Positions 28,021-39,054 of a stretch of DNA of 64,000 nucleotides are shown here, piece after piece. Every line of letters begins with the position of its first letter. Positions within the stretch are counted from its first letter, which is position 1. The DNA is taken from contig CAZJQG010000007.1 of assembly GCA_964548415.1 (NCBI GenBank), positions 3,385 through 67,384 on the forward strand, given 5' to 3'. Below the pieces are notes generated by a model. That model saw nothing but the letters and a program-made list of their open reading frames with translations. It did no database searches and had not been told where the DNA came from. The position numbers and the translations under genes were made by a program. The stretch is from an uncultured Dehalococcoidales bacterium (GTDB lineage Bacteria; Chloroflexota; Dehalococcoidia; GIF9; UBA5629).

Positions 28021-28506
28021 ATGCCAACTGTTAACCAACTGGTAAGAAAGGGACGGCGGAAGCAGTCCAGGAAAACCAAGGCTCCGGCTCTGGGCATCAG
28101 CTTCAATACGCTCAAGAACGCGGTTCGCCGGAATGCCAGATCGCCGCAGAAACGCGGTGTTTGCGTTCAGGTGAAGACGATGACGCCCAAGAAGCCGAAT
28201 TCGGCTTTGCGCAAGATCGCCCGTGTCAGGCTGACCAACGGCATTGAAGTCACGGCCTACATACCGGGAGAGGGCCATAATCTCCAGGAACACTCGGTGG
28301 TGCTTATCCGCGGGGGCAGAGTGAAGGACTTGCCTGGAGTCAGGTATCACATAGTCAGGGGCGCTCTGGACACAGGCGGCGTGGAGAACAGGCGGCAGGG
28401 ACGCAGCAAGTACGGTGCCAAGAAGGGCAAGGCGGTCAGAATCGCCGGTGGTACAGGTGGTGCAGTGGCGGCGGCTGGTGCTGGTGGCGCGGGGGGAGCG
28501 GAATAA
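28021..28506 (+). CDS. rpsL: 30S ribosomal protein S12 (with internal insertion and Gly/Ala-rich C-terminal tail)
   Basis: [57 protein letters not shown]. Confidence 0.97.
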   Translation: MPTVNQLVRKGRRKQSRKTKAPALGISFNTLKNAVRRNARSPQKRGVCVQVKTMTPKKPNSALRKIARVRLTNGIEVTAYIPGEGHNLQEHSVVLIRGGRVKDLPGVRYHIVRGALDTGGVENRRQGRSKYGAKKGKAVRIAGGTGGAVAAAGAGGAGGAE

Positions 28507-28977
28507 ATGCCACGGCGAGCCAAAGTAGTAAACAGACATACCCACCCCGATTCAAAATACGGAAGCGTTACCGTATCCATTTTAATCAACAAAATCATGT
28601 TCGGCGGTAGGAAAGCTACAGCCGAACGTGTTATCTATGACGCAATGGATATCGTCAATAAAAAGCTAAGCACCGAGCCTTTACCGGTACTGGAACAGGC
28701 CCTCAAGAATGCCACGCCGGTGCTCCAGGTCAAATCAAGGCGCGTTGGCGGCGCTACTTACCAGGTGCCGGTTGAGGTCGAGCCCGCACGCGGCCTATCT
28801 CTGGCCATGCGCTGGATAATAACCTATTCCAGGGCTCGCGGCGGTAAGTCGATGGCGGAAAAACTAGCGGCCGAGATCGTTGACGCTTCGCAAGGCCAGG
28901 GGGCCAGCATCAAGAAGCGCCAGGATACTCACAAGATGGCCGAGGCAAATAAAGCTTTTGCTCATTATCGATGGTAA
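28507..28977 (+). CDS. rpsG: 30S ribosomal protein S7
   Basis: [25 protein letters not shown]; 156 aa; starts at the nucleotide after the rpsL stop. Confidence 0.97.
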   Translation: MPRRAKVVNRHTHPDSKYGSVTVSILINKIMFGGRKATAERVIYDAMDIVNKKLSTEPLPVLEQALKNATPVLQVKSRRVGGATYQVPVEVEPARGLSLAMRWIITYSRARGGKSMAEKLAAEIVDASQGQGASIKKRQDTHKMAEANKAFAHYRW

Positions 28978-29036
28978 TTACAGCAGGAATTAAACCCCAG
29001 CAGTCCAAAAAGACCGCTGGGTCAGGAAACAATGCC

Positions 29037-31109
29037 ATGAGCCGGACTTTTCCTTTAGATAAGGTGCGGAATATCGGCATCATCGCGCATATCGATGCCG
29101 GTAAGACCACGGTTACCGAAAGGATCCTGTTTTATACCGGACGTACCTATAAGATCGGTGCGGTGGATGAGGGCACCGCGGTTATGGACTGGATGGCGCA
29201 GGAGAGGGAGCGCGGTATTACTATTACCGCTGCAGCCACCACCTGCCACTGGCAGGACCAGCGCATTAATATCATCGATACGCCCGGCCACGTAGATTTC
29301 ACAGCCGAAGTTGAGCGCAGCTTACGCGTTCTCGACGGCGGCGTGGTGGTTCTGGATGCTGTGGCCGGTGTCGAAGCCCAATCAGAAACCGTATGGCGGC
29401 AGGCGGACAGGTATAAGGTACCCAGAATCTGCTTTATCAATAAGATGGACCGGGTGGGCGCCGATTTCTATAACACTGTGACTATGATTGAAGAACGGCT
29501 CAGGGCCAAAGCCATCCCGATTCAGGCTCCCTGGGGCAAAGAAAGCCAGTTTAAAGGCATTATAGATTTAATCGAAAACAAAGCCTGGCTGTTTTCCGAG
29601 GATATCAATGTGGCTCCGGTGGAGTCGCCGGTTCCTGAAGAAGAAAAGGAAACAGTAACCAGGCTTAGACAAACAATGATAGAGCGGCTGGCCGAGATTG
29701 ACGACCATCTGATGATGCTTTACGTCGAGGGCAAGGAAATAGACAGCGAGCAGATTAAAGCCGCTATTAGAAGACTAACACTCTCCAATCGAATCGTCCC
29801 GGTGCTCTGCGGCACCGCTCTAAAAAACAAAGGTATACAACCGCTACTCGACGCGGTTGTTTTTTATCTGCCTTCGCCGCAGGACGTGCCACCGGTCAGT
29901 GTTATCGATTTAGAAACTGGCGAAGCCGACGTTATACCTCCCAGCGACGAAGCTCCGTTTTCAGCCTTAGCTTTTAAAGTAGTTGCCGACCCGTTCATGG
30001 GCCGGCTGGTTTATTTCCGTGTTTATTCGGGCAAAATCCAGGCTGGAAAGCAGGTCCTCAATTCCAGCAAAGGGCGCAAGGAGCGCCTGGGCAGGTTGAT
30101 TCTGATGCATGCCAACCGCCGCGAGGAAATCGAAGAGGCCGATACCGGCAGCATAGCGGCTACGCTGGGATTAAAAGAGACCTTCACCGGAGATACACTA
30201 TGCGACCCTAATAAGCCCGTTCTTCTGGAAGCAATACGCTTCCCTGAGCCGGTGCTGTCAATGGTTATAGAACCGAAGAGCAAGGCGGACCAGGACAAAC
30301 TGGGCGAAGCCATGAACAAGCTGGCCGAAGAAGACCCCACCTTTAAAGTGCGCTCCGACTCTGAAACCGGTCAGACGCTTATTTCGGGTATGGGCGAGCT
30401 GCATCTTGAGGTATTGATCGACCGCATGCTCCGCGAGTTCAACGTTAAGGTTAACGTCGGCAAGCCACAGGTCGCCTATAAAGAGACCATTACCGTGCCA
30501 GTTGAAGCCGAGGGTAGATTCATCCGCCAGTTCGGCGGCCATGGACAGTACGGCCACGTATGGCTCAGGCTTGAGCCGGTAGAACGCGGCAGCGGCTTTA
30601 GATTCGTCGACCAGATCCGGGGAGGGGACGTACCCAAGGAATATATTCCGGCAATAGAAGCCGGTGTTAAGGAAGCTCTGGAAAGCGGCGTCATCGCTGG
30701 CTATCCTATAGTGGATATCAAGGCAACTGCCTACGACGGCAGCTATCATGAAGTAGATTCCTCGGACCTTGCTTTCAAGATGGCCGGTTCGATCGCGTTA
30801 AAAGCAGGCGCCCGTAAAGCCAACCCAATTATCCTGGAACCAATCATGAGGTTGGAGGTGGTGATGCCGGCCCAGTTCCTGGGCGATGTTATCGGCGACC
30901 TGAATTCTCGAAGAGGCCACGTTGACGGTATCGAGACCCACGGTGAGACCTGCGTGGTCAGGGCACTGGTTCCTCTGGCGGAGACGTTTGGTTATGCCAC
31001 TATTTTAAGGTCCCTGAGCCAGGGTCGAGCTACTTATTCGCTCGAGTTTCATTCTTATAGAGAGCTACCGGCCAATCTGGCCGAGCAAATAGGCATGAGG
31101 GGTAGATAA
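29037..31109 (+). CDS. fusA: elongation factor G
   Basis: [26 protein letters not shown] 29037 gives [12 protein letters not shown]; the track start 28971 overlaps rpsG and is over-extended. Confidence 0.97.
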   Translation: MSRTFPLDKVRNIGIIAHIDAGKTTVTERILFYTGRTYKIGAVDEGTAVMDWMAQERERGITITAAATTCHWQDQRINIIDTPGHVDFTAEVERSLRVLDGGVVVLDAVAGVEAQSETVWRQADRYKVPRICFINKMDRVGADFYNTVTMIEERLRAKAIPIQAPWGKESQFKGIIDLIENKAWLFSEDINVAPVESPVPEEEKETVTRLRQTMIERLAEIDDHLMMLYVEGKEIDSEQIKAAIRRLTLSNRIVPVLCGTALKNKGIQPLLDAVVFYLPSPQDVPPVSVIDLETGEADVIPPSDEAPFSALAFKVVADPFMGRLVYFRVYSGKIQAGKQVLNSSKGRKERLGRLILMHANRREEIEEADTGSIAATLGLKETFTGDTLCDPNKPVLLEAIRFPEPVLSMVIEPKSKADQDKLGEAMNKLAEEDPTFKVRSDSETGQTLISGMGELHLEVLIDRMLREFNVKVNVGKPQVAYKETITVPVEAEGRFIRQFGGHGQYGHVWLRLEPVERGSGFRFVDQIRGGDVPKEYIPAIEAGVKEALESGVIAGYPIVDIKATAYDGSYHEVDSSDLAFKMAGSIALKAGARKANPIILEPIMRLEVVMPAQFLGDVIGDLNSRRGHVDGIETHGETCVVRALVPLAETFGYATILRSLSQGRATYSLEFHSYRELPANLAEQIGMRGR

Positions 31110-31417
31110 TGCCCAAACAAAAAATCCGACTCAAGCTAAAGGGATATGACCACAGGCTGGTTGACCAGTCGGTGGAACAGATCGTGGAGACGGCGGAGCG
31201 CACCGGCGCCGTAGTCGTCGGACCGGTACCACTGCCCACTCAAATCGAAAAGTTCTGCGTTATTCGTTCGCCCCATATCGATAAGGACTCGAGAGAACAG
31301 TTTGAAATCAGGACGCACAAGCGCCTTATCGATATACTGGGGCCGACTTCCAAGACAATAGACGCTCTAACTCAGCTTCAACTGCCTTCGGGCGTGGAAA
31401 TAGATATCAGGTTATAG
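31109..31417 (+). CDS. rpsJ: 30S ribosomal protein S10
   Basis: [18 protein letters not shown]. The ATG shares one nucleotide with the fusA TAA. Confidence 0.97.
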   Translation: MPKQKIRLKLKGYDHRLVDQSVEQIVETAERTGAVVVGPVPLPTQIEKFCVIRSPHIDKDSREQFEIRTHKRLIDILGPTSKTIDALTQLQLPSGVEIDIRL

Positions 31418-31424
31418 TAACAAA

Positions 31425-32045
31425 ATGGTACAAGGTTTAATCGGCAGGAAAATAGGTATGACGCAACTTTTCCAGGATGAAGGAGAAGTAGCGGTTACTG
31501 CCATCGAGGCTGGTCCCTGTTTTGTGACGCAGGTAAAGACCGCGGCCACAGATGGATACAATGCCGTTCAGCTGGCTTTTGGAGAGGCTAAGAAGCTCAG
31601 CTTGCCGAAGAAAGGCCAGGTTAAAGAGGCCGGTCAGCTTAAACACCTTCGCGAATTTGAGACAGAAGATATCGGCTCGGTTAAGGTGGGACAGAAAATA
31701 GACGCGGATTTGTTTAAACCGGGCGATTTAATTAATGTAGTAGGTATATCTAAAGGCAAGGGCTTCGCCGGTGTGGTCAAACGCCACCATTTTGCCGGCG
31801 GCCCCAAGACACATGGTCAGTCTGACCGCCACCGGGCTCCCGGCTCGGTCGGTGCCACCACCTCACCCGGCCGCGTATTTAAAGGATTGCGGATGGCCGG
31901 GCACATGGGAGACAGACGGGTAACAGTCCGTAATTTGAAAGTGCTTAATGTAGATCTGGCCCGTCATTTATTATTAGTTAGAGGTGCGGTACCGGGGGGT
32001 AGGAAGGGACTATTGCTGATTAAGAAAGCAGGCGGGGGACAATAA
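31425..32045 (+). CDS. rplC: 50S ribosomal protein L3
   Basis: GLIGRKIGMTQLF..GKGFAGVVKRHHF. Confidence 0.97.
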   Translation: MVQGLIGRKIGMTQLFQDEGEVAVTAIEAGPCFVTQVKTAATDGYNAVQLAFGEAKKLSLPKKGQVKEAGQLKHLREFETEDIGSVKVGQKIDADLFKPGDLINVVGISKGKGFAGVVKRHHFAGGPKTHGQSDRHRAPGSVGATTSPGRVFKGLRMAGHMGDRRVTVRNLKVLNVDLARHLLLVRGAVPGGRKGLLLIKKAGGGQ

Positions 32046-32046
32046 G

Positions 32047-32703
32047 GTGAAAGTCCAGGTCTATAACTTAAAAGGGCAAGCTACTAAGCAGATAGATATC
32101 AGGGACGATATCTTTGCCGTCCCGTTCAATGAGTCCGTAGTACACCAGGCCGTGGTCAGACAACTGGCCGATAAGCGTACGGGAAACGCCGATACCAAGC
32201 GCAGAGGCGAGGTTGCCGGCAGCGGCAAGAAAATACACAACCAGAAACATACAGGCCGCGCCCGCCGCGGGGACATCAGGTCGCCAATGCTCAAAGGCGG
32301 AGGCGTCGCCTTCGGGCCACACCCCCGGAGCTACCGTCAGGCCATGCCTAAGAAGATGCGCCAATTGGCTTTGAAATGCGTACTGTCTGATAAAGCAGGC
32401 AACGGAGACCTGAAAGTCGTGGATAAACTCCAGTTTAACGAGATAAAAACGAAAGCGGTGCTGGATGTCTTGCTGTCGCTGGGCATTGCAGACCCGGTAA
32501 TCATAGCCACCGCTGAGGTCAATCCTAATCTAGTTATATCTGCCGATAATCTGGCGGGCGTTAAAACGATTCCGGCGCCTTTGCTCAATGTCACTGAGTT
32601 ACTTTCATCCAAGATTATATTAATGGATATCGATGCCGTACGTAAGGTCGAGGCGATATGGGGTGAAAAATCGCTGGCAAAGGCAGCGGCCGGCTCCAGT
32701 TAA
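32047..32703 (+). CDS. rplD: 50S ribosomal protein L4
   Basis: GTG start; GSGKKIHNQKHTGRARRGDIRSPMLKGGGVAFGP. Confidence 0.95.
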   Translation: MKVQVYNLKGQATKQIDIRDDIFAVPFNESVVHQAVVRQLADKRTGNADTKRRGEVAGSGKKIHNQKHTGRARRGDIRSPMLKGGGVAFGPHPRSYRQAMPKKMRQLALKCVLSDKAGNGDLKVVDKLQFNEIKTKAVLDVLLSLGIADPVIIATAEVNPNLVISADNLAGVKTIPAPLLNVTELLSSKIILMDIDAVRKVEAIWGEKSLAKAAAGSS

Positions 32704-32727
32704 GTTTTAAAATAGGTATCAATAACG

Positions 32728-33012
32728 ATGCAGCCATATCAAATAGTAAAAAGGCCGTTAATCACTGAGAAGGCAACGATATTAAAAGAGCGAAGCATGT
32801 ATGCCTTTGAAGTGAACAAGGCGGCTAATAAGCATGAAATAAAACAGGCCGTGGAAGCCGCCTTCAAGGTTAATGTGGTTAAAGTTACAGTTATGAGCGT
32901 CCCGGGTAAGATGAGAAGAATAGGCCGGCGGCAGGTGCTGACACCTGTGTGGAAAAAAGCGGTCGTCACACTGGCACCCGGCGAAAAGATCGAGTTCTTC
33001 GAGGGAGTTTAA
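32728..33012 (+). CDS. rplW: 50S ribosomal protein L23
   Basis: IVKRPLITEKAT..FEVNKAANKHEIKQAVE. Confidence 0.95.
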   Translation: MQPYQIVKRPLITEKATILKERSMYAFEVNKAANKHEIKQAVEAAFKVNVVKVTVMSVPGKMRRIGRRQVLTPVWKKAVVTLAPGEKIEFFEGV

Positions 33013-33031
33013 TTAAACTAGGGGAATTGAA

Positions 33032-33127
33032 TTGGGCTCAGTAATTAAGAAGCGCAAGAAGAAAATGGCGAAGCACAAGCATCGCAAGCTTCTGAAGAAG
33101 ACGCGATGGCAAAGGAGACATCCCTAG
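33032..33127 (+). CDS. bS22-like (AURKAIP1/COX24-type) 31-aa basic ribosomal peptide
   Basis: TTG start 6 nt after GGGGA. Sequence (M)[30 protein letters not shown], closely matching the mycobacterial bS22 sequence as I remember it ([25 protein letters not shown]..). Not in the ORF track because it is under 60 aa. Confidence 0.7.
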   Translation: MGSVIKKRKKKMAKHKHRKLLKKTRWQRRHP

Positions 33128-33146
33128 AGTTAGGGGAGATCAGGCT

Positions 33147-33971
33147 TTGGCGTTAAAGACTTATCGTCCGACTTCACCCGGCAGGCGGGGCATGGTTAGC
33201 CCCTCTTTCGAGGAGATAACCAAGCCAGTACCTGAGCGTTCTCTATTACTGCCCGTTAAGAAGAAGGCCGGCCGCAACAGTAGAGGTGTAGTCACCGTTC
33301 GGCACCGCGGCGGCGGCGCTAAGCGCAGACTGCGGATAATCGATTTTAAACGGGACAAGATCGGCGTGCAGGGTAAAGTTAACTCGGTAGAGTACGACCC
33401 GAACCGCTCGGCCCGTATTGCGCTTATTTACTATGCTGATGGAGAGAAACGTTATATACTGGCGCCTTTAGGACTTAATGTCGGTGATACCGTGATGGCT
33501 GGAGAGCAGGCCGACATAAAGCCTGGGAATACCCTGCCCTTGAGCGCTATACCGGACGGCACCTTGATTCACAACCTGGAGTTCGAGCCGGGTAAAGGTG
33601 GCCAGATAGTTCGCAGCGCCGGCTCAGCGGCACAGCTGCTGGGCAAAGAGGGCAAGTACTGCCTGGTTCGATTGCCTTCGGGCGAGGTACGGCGTTTTAT
33701 GAGCAATTGCGTGGCCACCATAGGCCAGATAGGCAACCTGGAACATCAGGGTGTAAGGCTGGGCAAGGCGGGGCGTACCAGATTGCTGGGACGGCGGCCG
33801 CAGGTGCGAGGCTCGGCCATGACGCCGCGCGACCATCCGCATGGCGGCGGTGAAGGTAGGGCTCCCAGGGGCATGGCGCCCAAAACGCCATGGGGTAAAA
33901 CGGCTCTGGGTCCCAAAACTCGTATTATTAATAAGGCTTCGGACAGATTAATTGTCAAGCGACGGAAATAA
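33147..33971 (+). CDS. rplB: 50S ribosomal protein L2
   Basis: TTG start; [40 protein letters not shown]. Confidence 0.97.
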   Translation: MALKTYRPTSPGRRGMVSPSFEEITKPVPERSLLLPVKKKAGRNSRGVVTVRHRGGGAKRRLRIIDFKRDKIGVQGKVNSVEYDPNRSARIALIYYADGEKRYILAPLGLNVGDTVMAGEQADIKPGNTLPLSAIPDGTLIHNLEFEPGKGGQIVRSAGSAAQLLGKEGKYCLVRLPSGEVRRFMSNCVATIGQIGNLEHQGVRLGKAGRTRLLGRRPQVRGSAMTPRDHPHGGGEGRAPRGMAPKTPWGKTALGPKTRIINKASDRLIVKRRK

Positions 33972-34002
33972 CACAAGAAGGAAATCGAGAGGCTAGAAAC
34001 GA

Positions 34003-34320
34003 ATGTCACGGTCAGCTAAAAAAGGTGCTTATTGCGACGCGAAGCTACTTAAAAAGATAACTAACCTGAACAAGTCCGGTGAAAAGGCAGTGATAAAGAC
34101 CTGGTCGCGTGCCTCTACGGTATTACCGGAAATGATAGGTCATACCATTGGAGTGCATGACGGCCGGCGACATGTACCCATATTCATTACCGAGAACATG
34201 GTGGGACATAAACTGGGTGAATTTGCCATAACACGGACATTCCGCGGTCATGTTACCAAGGCAGCGGTAACCGTAGCCCCCGTGGCCCCGGCTGCCCCGA
34301 AGAAGGCGGAAGGTGAATAA
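34003..34320 (+). CDS. rpsS: 30S ribosomal protein S19 (C-terminal Ala/Pro/Lys extension)
   Basis: [45 protein letters not shown]. Confidence 0.96.
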   Translation: MSRSAKKGAYCDAKLLKKITNLNKSGEKAVIKTWSRASTVLPEMIGHTIGVHDGRRHVPIFITENMVGHKLGEFAITRTFRGHVTKAAVTVAPVAPAAPKKAEGE

Positions 34321-34323
34321 ATC

Positions 34324-34677
34324 GTGAAAGTATCTTCTGTATCCAAAGATGTTCGTGCCTCGTCACGTAAGGTCAAACTGATCGTGGATATGGTGAGGGG
34401 CAGGAAAGTTGATGAGGCTTTGACTTTACTCAGGTTTTTGCCGGCTACACCGGCGGTGCAAGCCGTGTCCAAGACCATTAAATCGGCGGCAGCCAACGCG
34501 GAAAATAATTTTCAGATGGAACCCGCCGACCTCAGAATAACAGATATCTTTGCCAACGAAGGGCACACTTTCAAGAGATTCAAAGCTCAGGCCAGGGGCA
34601 GGGTTAATCCTATTTTGAAGCGCAGCACACATATAAATGTTTCTGTTGCCGAGGAGGAAGAGCACAGTGGGACATAA
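34324..34677 (+). CDS. rplV: 50S ribosomal protein L22
   Basis: RASSRKVKLIVDMVRGRKVDEAL. Confidence 0.95.
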   Translation: MKVSSVSKDVRASSRKVKLIVDMVRGRKVDEALTLLRFLPATPAVQAVSKTIKSAAANAENNFQMEPADLRITDIFANEGHTFKRFKAQARGRVNPILKRSTHINVSVAEEEEHSGT

Positions 34678-35338
34678 GGTTCATCCCTACGGTTTTAGAA
34701 TCGGCGTTATCCGCGGCTGGTATGCCAAGTGGTACGATGTTAAGCATTACGCCGAGTTTTTACTTGAAGATTTGAAGCTGCGCCGTGCTATTGATGACAG
34801 GGCTGCTGATGGCGGCGTGGCCAGAGTTGAAATTGACCACCAGGGCAATGAAATTCTGGTAACCCTTTATTCCTCCCGCCCCGGCATAGTTATCGGCCGC
34901 GGCGGACAGAGAGCCGAGGAACTAAGGTCATATCTGGAGGGATTGGCCGGCAAGCGAGTCCGGCTGTCGATAAAAGAAGTCGAGCAACCGGAGTTGGAAG
35001 CCAGGCTGGTTGCCAGGAACGTAGCCGACCAGCTCGAACGCCGTATGGCCTTCCGGAGAGCCATGAAACAGGCGGCTTTCCGGACCATGCAGGCCGGCGC
35101 CAAAGGAGTGAAGATAAGCTGTGCCGGAAGGTTGGGTGGCAACGAGATCGCCCGCCGCGAAACAACCCTCCAGGGGCAGTTACCGTTACATACGCTTACC
35201 GCGGATATTGATTACGGATTTGCCGAAGCCCGCACGACGTTGGGCAACATCGGGGTTAAGGTTTGGGTTTACAAAGGTCATATTTATCCAGAAGTTAGGA
35301 GAGAAAGTGCTACAGCCGAAAAGAGTGAAGTATCGTAA
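34667..35338 (+). CDS. rpsC: 30S ribosomal protein S3
   Basis: GTG 34667 after GAGGAGGAAG gives (M)[12 protein letters not shown]; KH domain and [10 protein letters not shown]. The track start 34637 is over-extended. Confidence 0.96.
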   Translation: MGHKVHPYGFRIGVIRGWYAKWYDVKHYAEFLLEDLKLRRAIDDRAADGGVARVEIDHQGNEILVTLYSSRPGIVIGRGGQRAEELRSYLEGLAGKRVRLSIKEVEQPELEARLVARNVADQLERRMAFRRAMKQAAFRTMQAGAKGVKISCAGRLGGNEIARRETTLQGQLPLHTLTADIDYGFAEARTTLGNIGVKVWVYKGHIYPEVRRESATAEKSEVS

Positions 35339-35732
35339 AACTCACCGTGGAGCCAGAAGAGGCAAAGCCCATTCCGGAAACACCATTGTTTTCGGCGAGT
35401 TCGGTCTGCAGGCGCAGGAGGCGGCGTGGTTGAGCTCCCGGCAGATTGAAGCTGGTCGACGCGTTATCGTTCGTTATCTGCGCCGCGGCGGCCAGATGTG
35501 GATTCGTATTTTCCCGGATAAACCGGTGACTAAGAAACCCGCTGAGACCAGGATGGGCAGCGGTAAAGGTGCTCCCGACCATTGGGTAGCCGTGGTCAGG
35601 CCGGGAAGAATGCTTTACGAAATAGGCGGCATCAAAGAGGATATGGCCAAGGAAGCACTTCATCTGGCGGCTTATAAGCTGCCTATTGCAACCAGATTTG
35701 TAGCCAAAGAAACGGTCAAGGAAGAGGCATAG
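35307..35732 (+). CDS. rplP: 50S ribosomal protein L16
   Basis: GTG 35307 gives (M)[14 protein letters not shown]. The track start 35121 lies inside rpsC. Confidence 0.96.
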   Translation: MLQPKRVKYRKTHRGARRGKAHSGNTIVFGEFGLQAQEAAWLSSRQIEAGRRVIVRYLRRGGQMWIRIFPDKPVTKKPAETRMGSGKGAPDHWVAVVRPGRMLYEIGGIKEDMAKEALHLAAYKLPIATRFVAKETVKEEA

Positions 35733-35733
35733 G

Positions 35734-35931
35734 TTGAAACTCGAGGAGATACGCGCTTTATCTGACGCTGAGTTGTTGAAGCGGCTGGGCGAAGCCAGCC
35801 AGGAGCTTTTTAATTTGCAGGTCAGGTTGGCCACCCGTCAGCTAGCTAATCACCGCGAGTTGCCCAGGGTCAAGAAGAGGATTGCCAGGATGCAAACCAT
35901 CATTAAAGAGAGGGAGCTAGGCATAAGATAG
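35734..35931 (+). CDS. rpmC: 50S ribosomal protein L29
   Basis: 65 aa; LEEIRALSDAELLKRLGEASQELFNLQ. Confidence 0.93.
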   Translation: MKLEEIRALSDAELLKRLGEASQELFNLQVRLATRQLANHRELPRVKKRIARMQTIIKERELGIR

Positions 35932-35934
35932 CTT

Positions 35935-36216
35935 ATGAAAGAGAATAGAAAAACCAGGACCGGCACTGTAGTCAGCGATAAGATGGATAAAACCGTCGTG
36001 GTGGTGGTACAAAGCTTGAGACGTCATAAGCTTTATAAGAAGGTGATCCGGCATACCTCCAAGTTCAAGGTCCACGACGAGACTAATAACTGCAAAATCG
36101 GTGACGTGGTTAAGATAGTAGAGACGCGTCCGTTATCCAAGGACAAAAATTGGCGTGTGGTCGAAATAATCGGCAGGAAAGAAGTGGTTGAAATAGAGCC
36201 GACGGAAACCATTTAG
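35935..36216 (+). CDS. rpsQ: 30S ribosomal protein S17
   Basis: [40 protein letters not shown]. Confidence 0.95.
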   Translation: MKENRKTRTGTVVSDKMDKTVVVVVQSLRRHKLYKKVIRHTSKFKVHDETNNCKIGDVVKIVETRPLSKDKNWRVVEIIGRKEVVEIEPTETI

Positions 36217-36236
36217 TGCAATTAGGAATATAGAAA

Positions 36237-36605
36237 GTGATTCAGCCTTATACCAGACTAAAAGTTGCGGATAATACCGGAGCCCGGCAGCTAATGTGTA
36301 TTAACGTGCCCGGCGGTACGCGTCGGCGATATGCTACTGTTGGCGATATTATAGTAGGTACCGTGAAGCGAGCTATACCCGGCGGAGTAGTCAAAAAGAG
36401 CGAGGTTGTTAGAGCAGTGGTGGTGCGTGTATCCCAGCAGCATCATCGCGCGGATGGCTCATATATCAGATTTGACGATAATGCTGCCGTTATCCTGGAT
36501 GATAAAAACAATCCCAGGGGTACACGTATCTTCGGTCCGGTAGCCAGAGAGCTCCGTGACAAGAATTTTATGAAGATAATATCCCTGGCTCCCGAGGTCT
36601 TATAA
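36237..36605 (+). CDS. rplN: 50S ribosomal protein L14
   Basis: (M)[15 protein letters not shown]. Confidence 0.97.
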   Translation: MIQPYTRLKVADNTGARQLMCINVPGGTRRRYATVGDIIVGTVKRAIPGGVVKKSEVVRAVVVRVSQQHHRADGSYIRFDDNAAVILDDKNNPRGTRIFGPVARELRDKNFMKIISLAPEVL

Positions 36606-36606
36606 A

Positions 36607-36918
36607 ATGAAAATTAAGAAAAATGATAACGTTTTGGTGATAGCCGGCAAGGACCGCGGTAAAAAAGGTAAAGTACGAAAATCTTTGCCGACGGAAAATA
36701 AGATCATAGTAGAAGGCGCCAACATGATTAAGCGCCATTCTCGGGCTAAAGGACAGGCCAGGCAGGCAGGCATTATCGAACTGGAAGCGCCCATGGACGT
36801 ATCAAACGTCATGTTGATTTGTAATAAATGTAATAAGCCGGCCAGAGTAGGCCATCGCTTTCTGAGCGATGGCAGAAAAGCCAGAATTTGTCGGGTTTGC
36901 GACGAAGTAATCGATTAG
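36607..36918 (+). CDS. rplX: 50S ribosomal protein L24
   Basis: [20 protein letters not shown], a KOW motif. Confidence 0.95.
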   Translation: MKIKKNDNVLVIAGKDRGKKGKVRKSLPTENKIIVEGANMIKRHSRAKGQARQAGIIELEAPMDVSNVMLICNKCNKPARVGHRFLSDGRKARICRVCDEVID

Positions 36919-36932
36919 GTGAAAGGTGCATT

Positions 36933-37481
36933 TTGGCAGTATCTCGCTTAAAAGAAAGATATAACAAAGAAGTGGTACCGGAGCTGATGAAAAAGTTCGG
37001 GTATAAGAACGTCATGCAGGTGCCGAGGCTTAGCAAAATCGTGCTTAATATCGGTCTTGGCGAAGCTATACAAAATCCCAAGGCATTAGAGAGCGCCGAA
37101 AAGGACCTGTCGGCAATAACCGGACAGCATCCCGTAATTACCCGGTCGAAGAAATCAATCGCTGCCTTTAAACTCAGGGAAGGTATGCCGGTCGGCATGT
37201 CGGTCATCCTTCGCGGCCAGCGTATGTACGATTTCTTCGATAAGCTCGTCAGCGTAGTGTTGGCCAGGATAAGAGACTTCCAGGGTGTTCCCAGGGAGTC
37301 ATTCGACGGCAAAGGCAACTATACTCTGGGAATGAAGGAACAGGTAGTTTTCCCAGAGATTGACTATGACAAAGTAGATAAGATTCGTGGTCTGGAGATA
37401 GTAATAGTCACCACAGCGAACAACAAAGAAGAAGGCATGGGCTTGCTTGAGTCTCTGGGTATGCCTTTTAGAAAGAGTTAG
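36933..37481 (+). CDS. rplE: 50S ribosomal protein L5
   Basis: In-frame TTG 36933 gives (M)[30 protein letters not shown]. The track start 36888 overlaps rplX. Confidence 0.95.
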   Translation: MAVSRLKERYNKEVVPELMKKFGYKNVMQVPRLSKIVLNIGLGEAIQNPKALESAEKDLSAITGQHPVITRSKKSIAAFKLREGMPVGMSVILRGQRMYDFFDKLVSVVLARIRDFQGVPRESFDGKGNYTLGMKEQVVFPEIDYDKVDKIRGLEIVIVTTANNKEEGMGLLESLGMPFRKS

Positions 37482-37492
37482 GTTCTCGAAAG

Positions 37493-37678
37493 ATGGCTAA
37501 GTTATCTAAAATTTTAAAATCACAGCGAACACCAAAGTACAAGGTGCAGCATAGAAGTCGATGCAAACTGTGCGGCAGACCGCGTGCTTACATACGTAAA
37601 TTTGGTTTGTGTCGTATTTGTTTTCGTCAGCTCGCCTTAAAGGGTGAAATACCGGGGGTTAGAAAATCTAGCTGGTGA
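37493..37678 (+). CDS. rpsN: 30S ribosomal protein S14, zinc-binding type Z
   Basis: 61 aa; [16 protein letters not shown]. Confidence 0.95.
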   Translation: MAKLSKILKSQRTPKYKVQHRSRCKLCGRPRAYIRKFGLCRICFRQLALKGEIPGVRKSSW

Positions 37679-37703
37679 TTGAATCTGCTGGAGGCATGAA
37701 TTA

Positions 37704-38096
37704 ATGGTTAACGACCCGATAGCTGATATGTTGACTCGAATCCGAAATGCCATCATGGCGCACCATGATAGTGTACAAGTTCCGGCTTCGAAGATTAAGC
37801 TGGCTATCGCTAAAATACTGAAAGACGAAGGTTTTATTACCGATTATACGGTTCTGAAGGGCAAGCCCGAACGGATAATCAAGATATCATTAAAATATAT
37901 CAATGGAAGGCCGGCCATTGCCGGACTGGAAAGAGCCAGTAAACCCGGGCTTAGATTATACGTCGGCGGCCATGAAATCCCACGTGTCTACGGCGGACTG
38001 GGCGTTACTGTTTTGTCGACTTCTAAAGGGGTGATGATTGGCGAGGAAGCCTGGCATAAAAATATTGGCGGTGAATTACTGTGCTACATCTGGTAA
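37704..38096 (+). CDS. rpsH: 30S ribosomal protein S8
   Basis: [14 protein letters not shown]. Confidence 0.96.
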   Translation: MVNDPIADMLTRIRNAIMAHHDSVQVPASKIKLAIAKILKDEGFITDYTVLKGKPERIIKISLKYINGRPAIAGLERASKPGLRLYVGGHEIPRVYGGLGVTVLSTSKGVMIGEEAWHKNIGGELLCYIW

Positions 38097-38118
38097 CTAT
38101 ATTAATGGAGAAGAATCA

Positions 38119-38670
38119 GTGTCGCGAATAGGACTGATGCCCATAGCAGTGCCGCAGGGCGTCAAGGTCAATATTAAAGGAAACGAGGTGACCGTTGAAG
38201 GCGCCAAAGGTAAGCTGGTGCGCGTATTTCACCCGGATATTTCGATCGCGCTAAAGGATGGTAATTTAATTGTCAGCCGTCCTTCGGATAATAGAAATCA
38301 TCGCGCATTACACGGTTTAAGCCGCAGCCTTCTGGCTAATATGGTCGAAGGTGTAACCAAAGGATTCGAAAAAGTCCTAGAGTTAAGCGGCGTTGGTTAC
38401 CGAGCGCAGAAAGCCGGCAATAAGGTTTCGCTGCAAATAGGTTTCAGCCATCCGGTGGAATATACGCCTCCGGCTGGCATAGAGATTGCGGTCGACGGCA
38501 CCAATCGACTTCGAATAAGCGGAGTAGACAAAGAAGTCGTCGGCGAGACAGCGGCTCAAATCAGGGCTATACGTCCGGTCGACTCTTACAAAGGCAAAGG
38601 AGTAAAGTACGCCGGCGAGAGACTCAGGCTTAAACCCGGCAAGGCAGGCAAGGCAGCTCTGAAAGGATAG
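38119..38670 (+). CDS. rplF: 50S ribosomal protein L6
   Basis: GTG 38119 after GGAGAAG gives (M)SRIGLMPIAVPQGVKV. The track start 38038 lies inside rpsH. Confidence 0.95.
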   Translation: MSRIGLMPIAVPQGVKVNIKGNEVTVEGAKGKLVRVFHPDISIALKDGNLIVSRPSDNRNHRALHGLSRSLLANMVEGVTKGFEKVLELSGVGYRAQKAGNKVSLQIGFSHPVEYTPPAGIEIAVDGTNRLRISGVDKEVVGETAAQIRAIRPVDSYKGKGVKYAGERLRLKPGKAGKAALKG

Positions 38671-38676
38671 TAAAGC

Positions 38677-39045
38677 TTGGCAGTAAAGACTGACACCAGA
38701 TTAGCTAGGAATAGACGCCACCTGAGGGTGAGGGCCAGATTGACAGGCACCACCTTGAGGCCTCGACTTTGCGTTTTCCGGAGTTTGAAAAATATTCAGG
38801 CTCAGATTATAGACGATTCGAGCGGCCATACACTGGTTGCGGCCAGCAGTCTGGACGCCGAGATTAAGTCCAAAATTGCTGGCAAGAAAAAGACCGAAAT
38901 CGCCGAGCAGGTTGGCATACTGATCGCCAAGCGAGCTACGGAAAAGGGTATAAAGCAAATAGCTTTTGACCGCGGCGGATACAAGTATCACGGGCGAGTT
39001 AAGGCCCTGGCTGAAGCAGCCAGAAAAAACGGCCTGGATTTTTGA
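38677..39045 (+). CDS. rplR: 50S ribosomal protein L18
   Basis: [32 protein letters not shown]. Confidence 0.95.
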   Translation: MAVKTDTRLARNRRHLRVRARLTGTTLRPRLCVFRSLKNIQAQIIDDSSGHTLVAASSLDAEIKSKIAGKKKTEIAEQVGILIAKRATEKGIKQIAFDRGGYKYHGRVKALAEAARKNGLDF

Positions 39046-39054
39046 GGTTGTTAG

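Noticed and set aside
27886-28545. 219-aa minus-strand ORF
   Set aside because: It lies antisense to rpsL and its leader. The S12 assignment on the plus strand is unambiguous, so this is a shadow ORF in GC-rich sequence.
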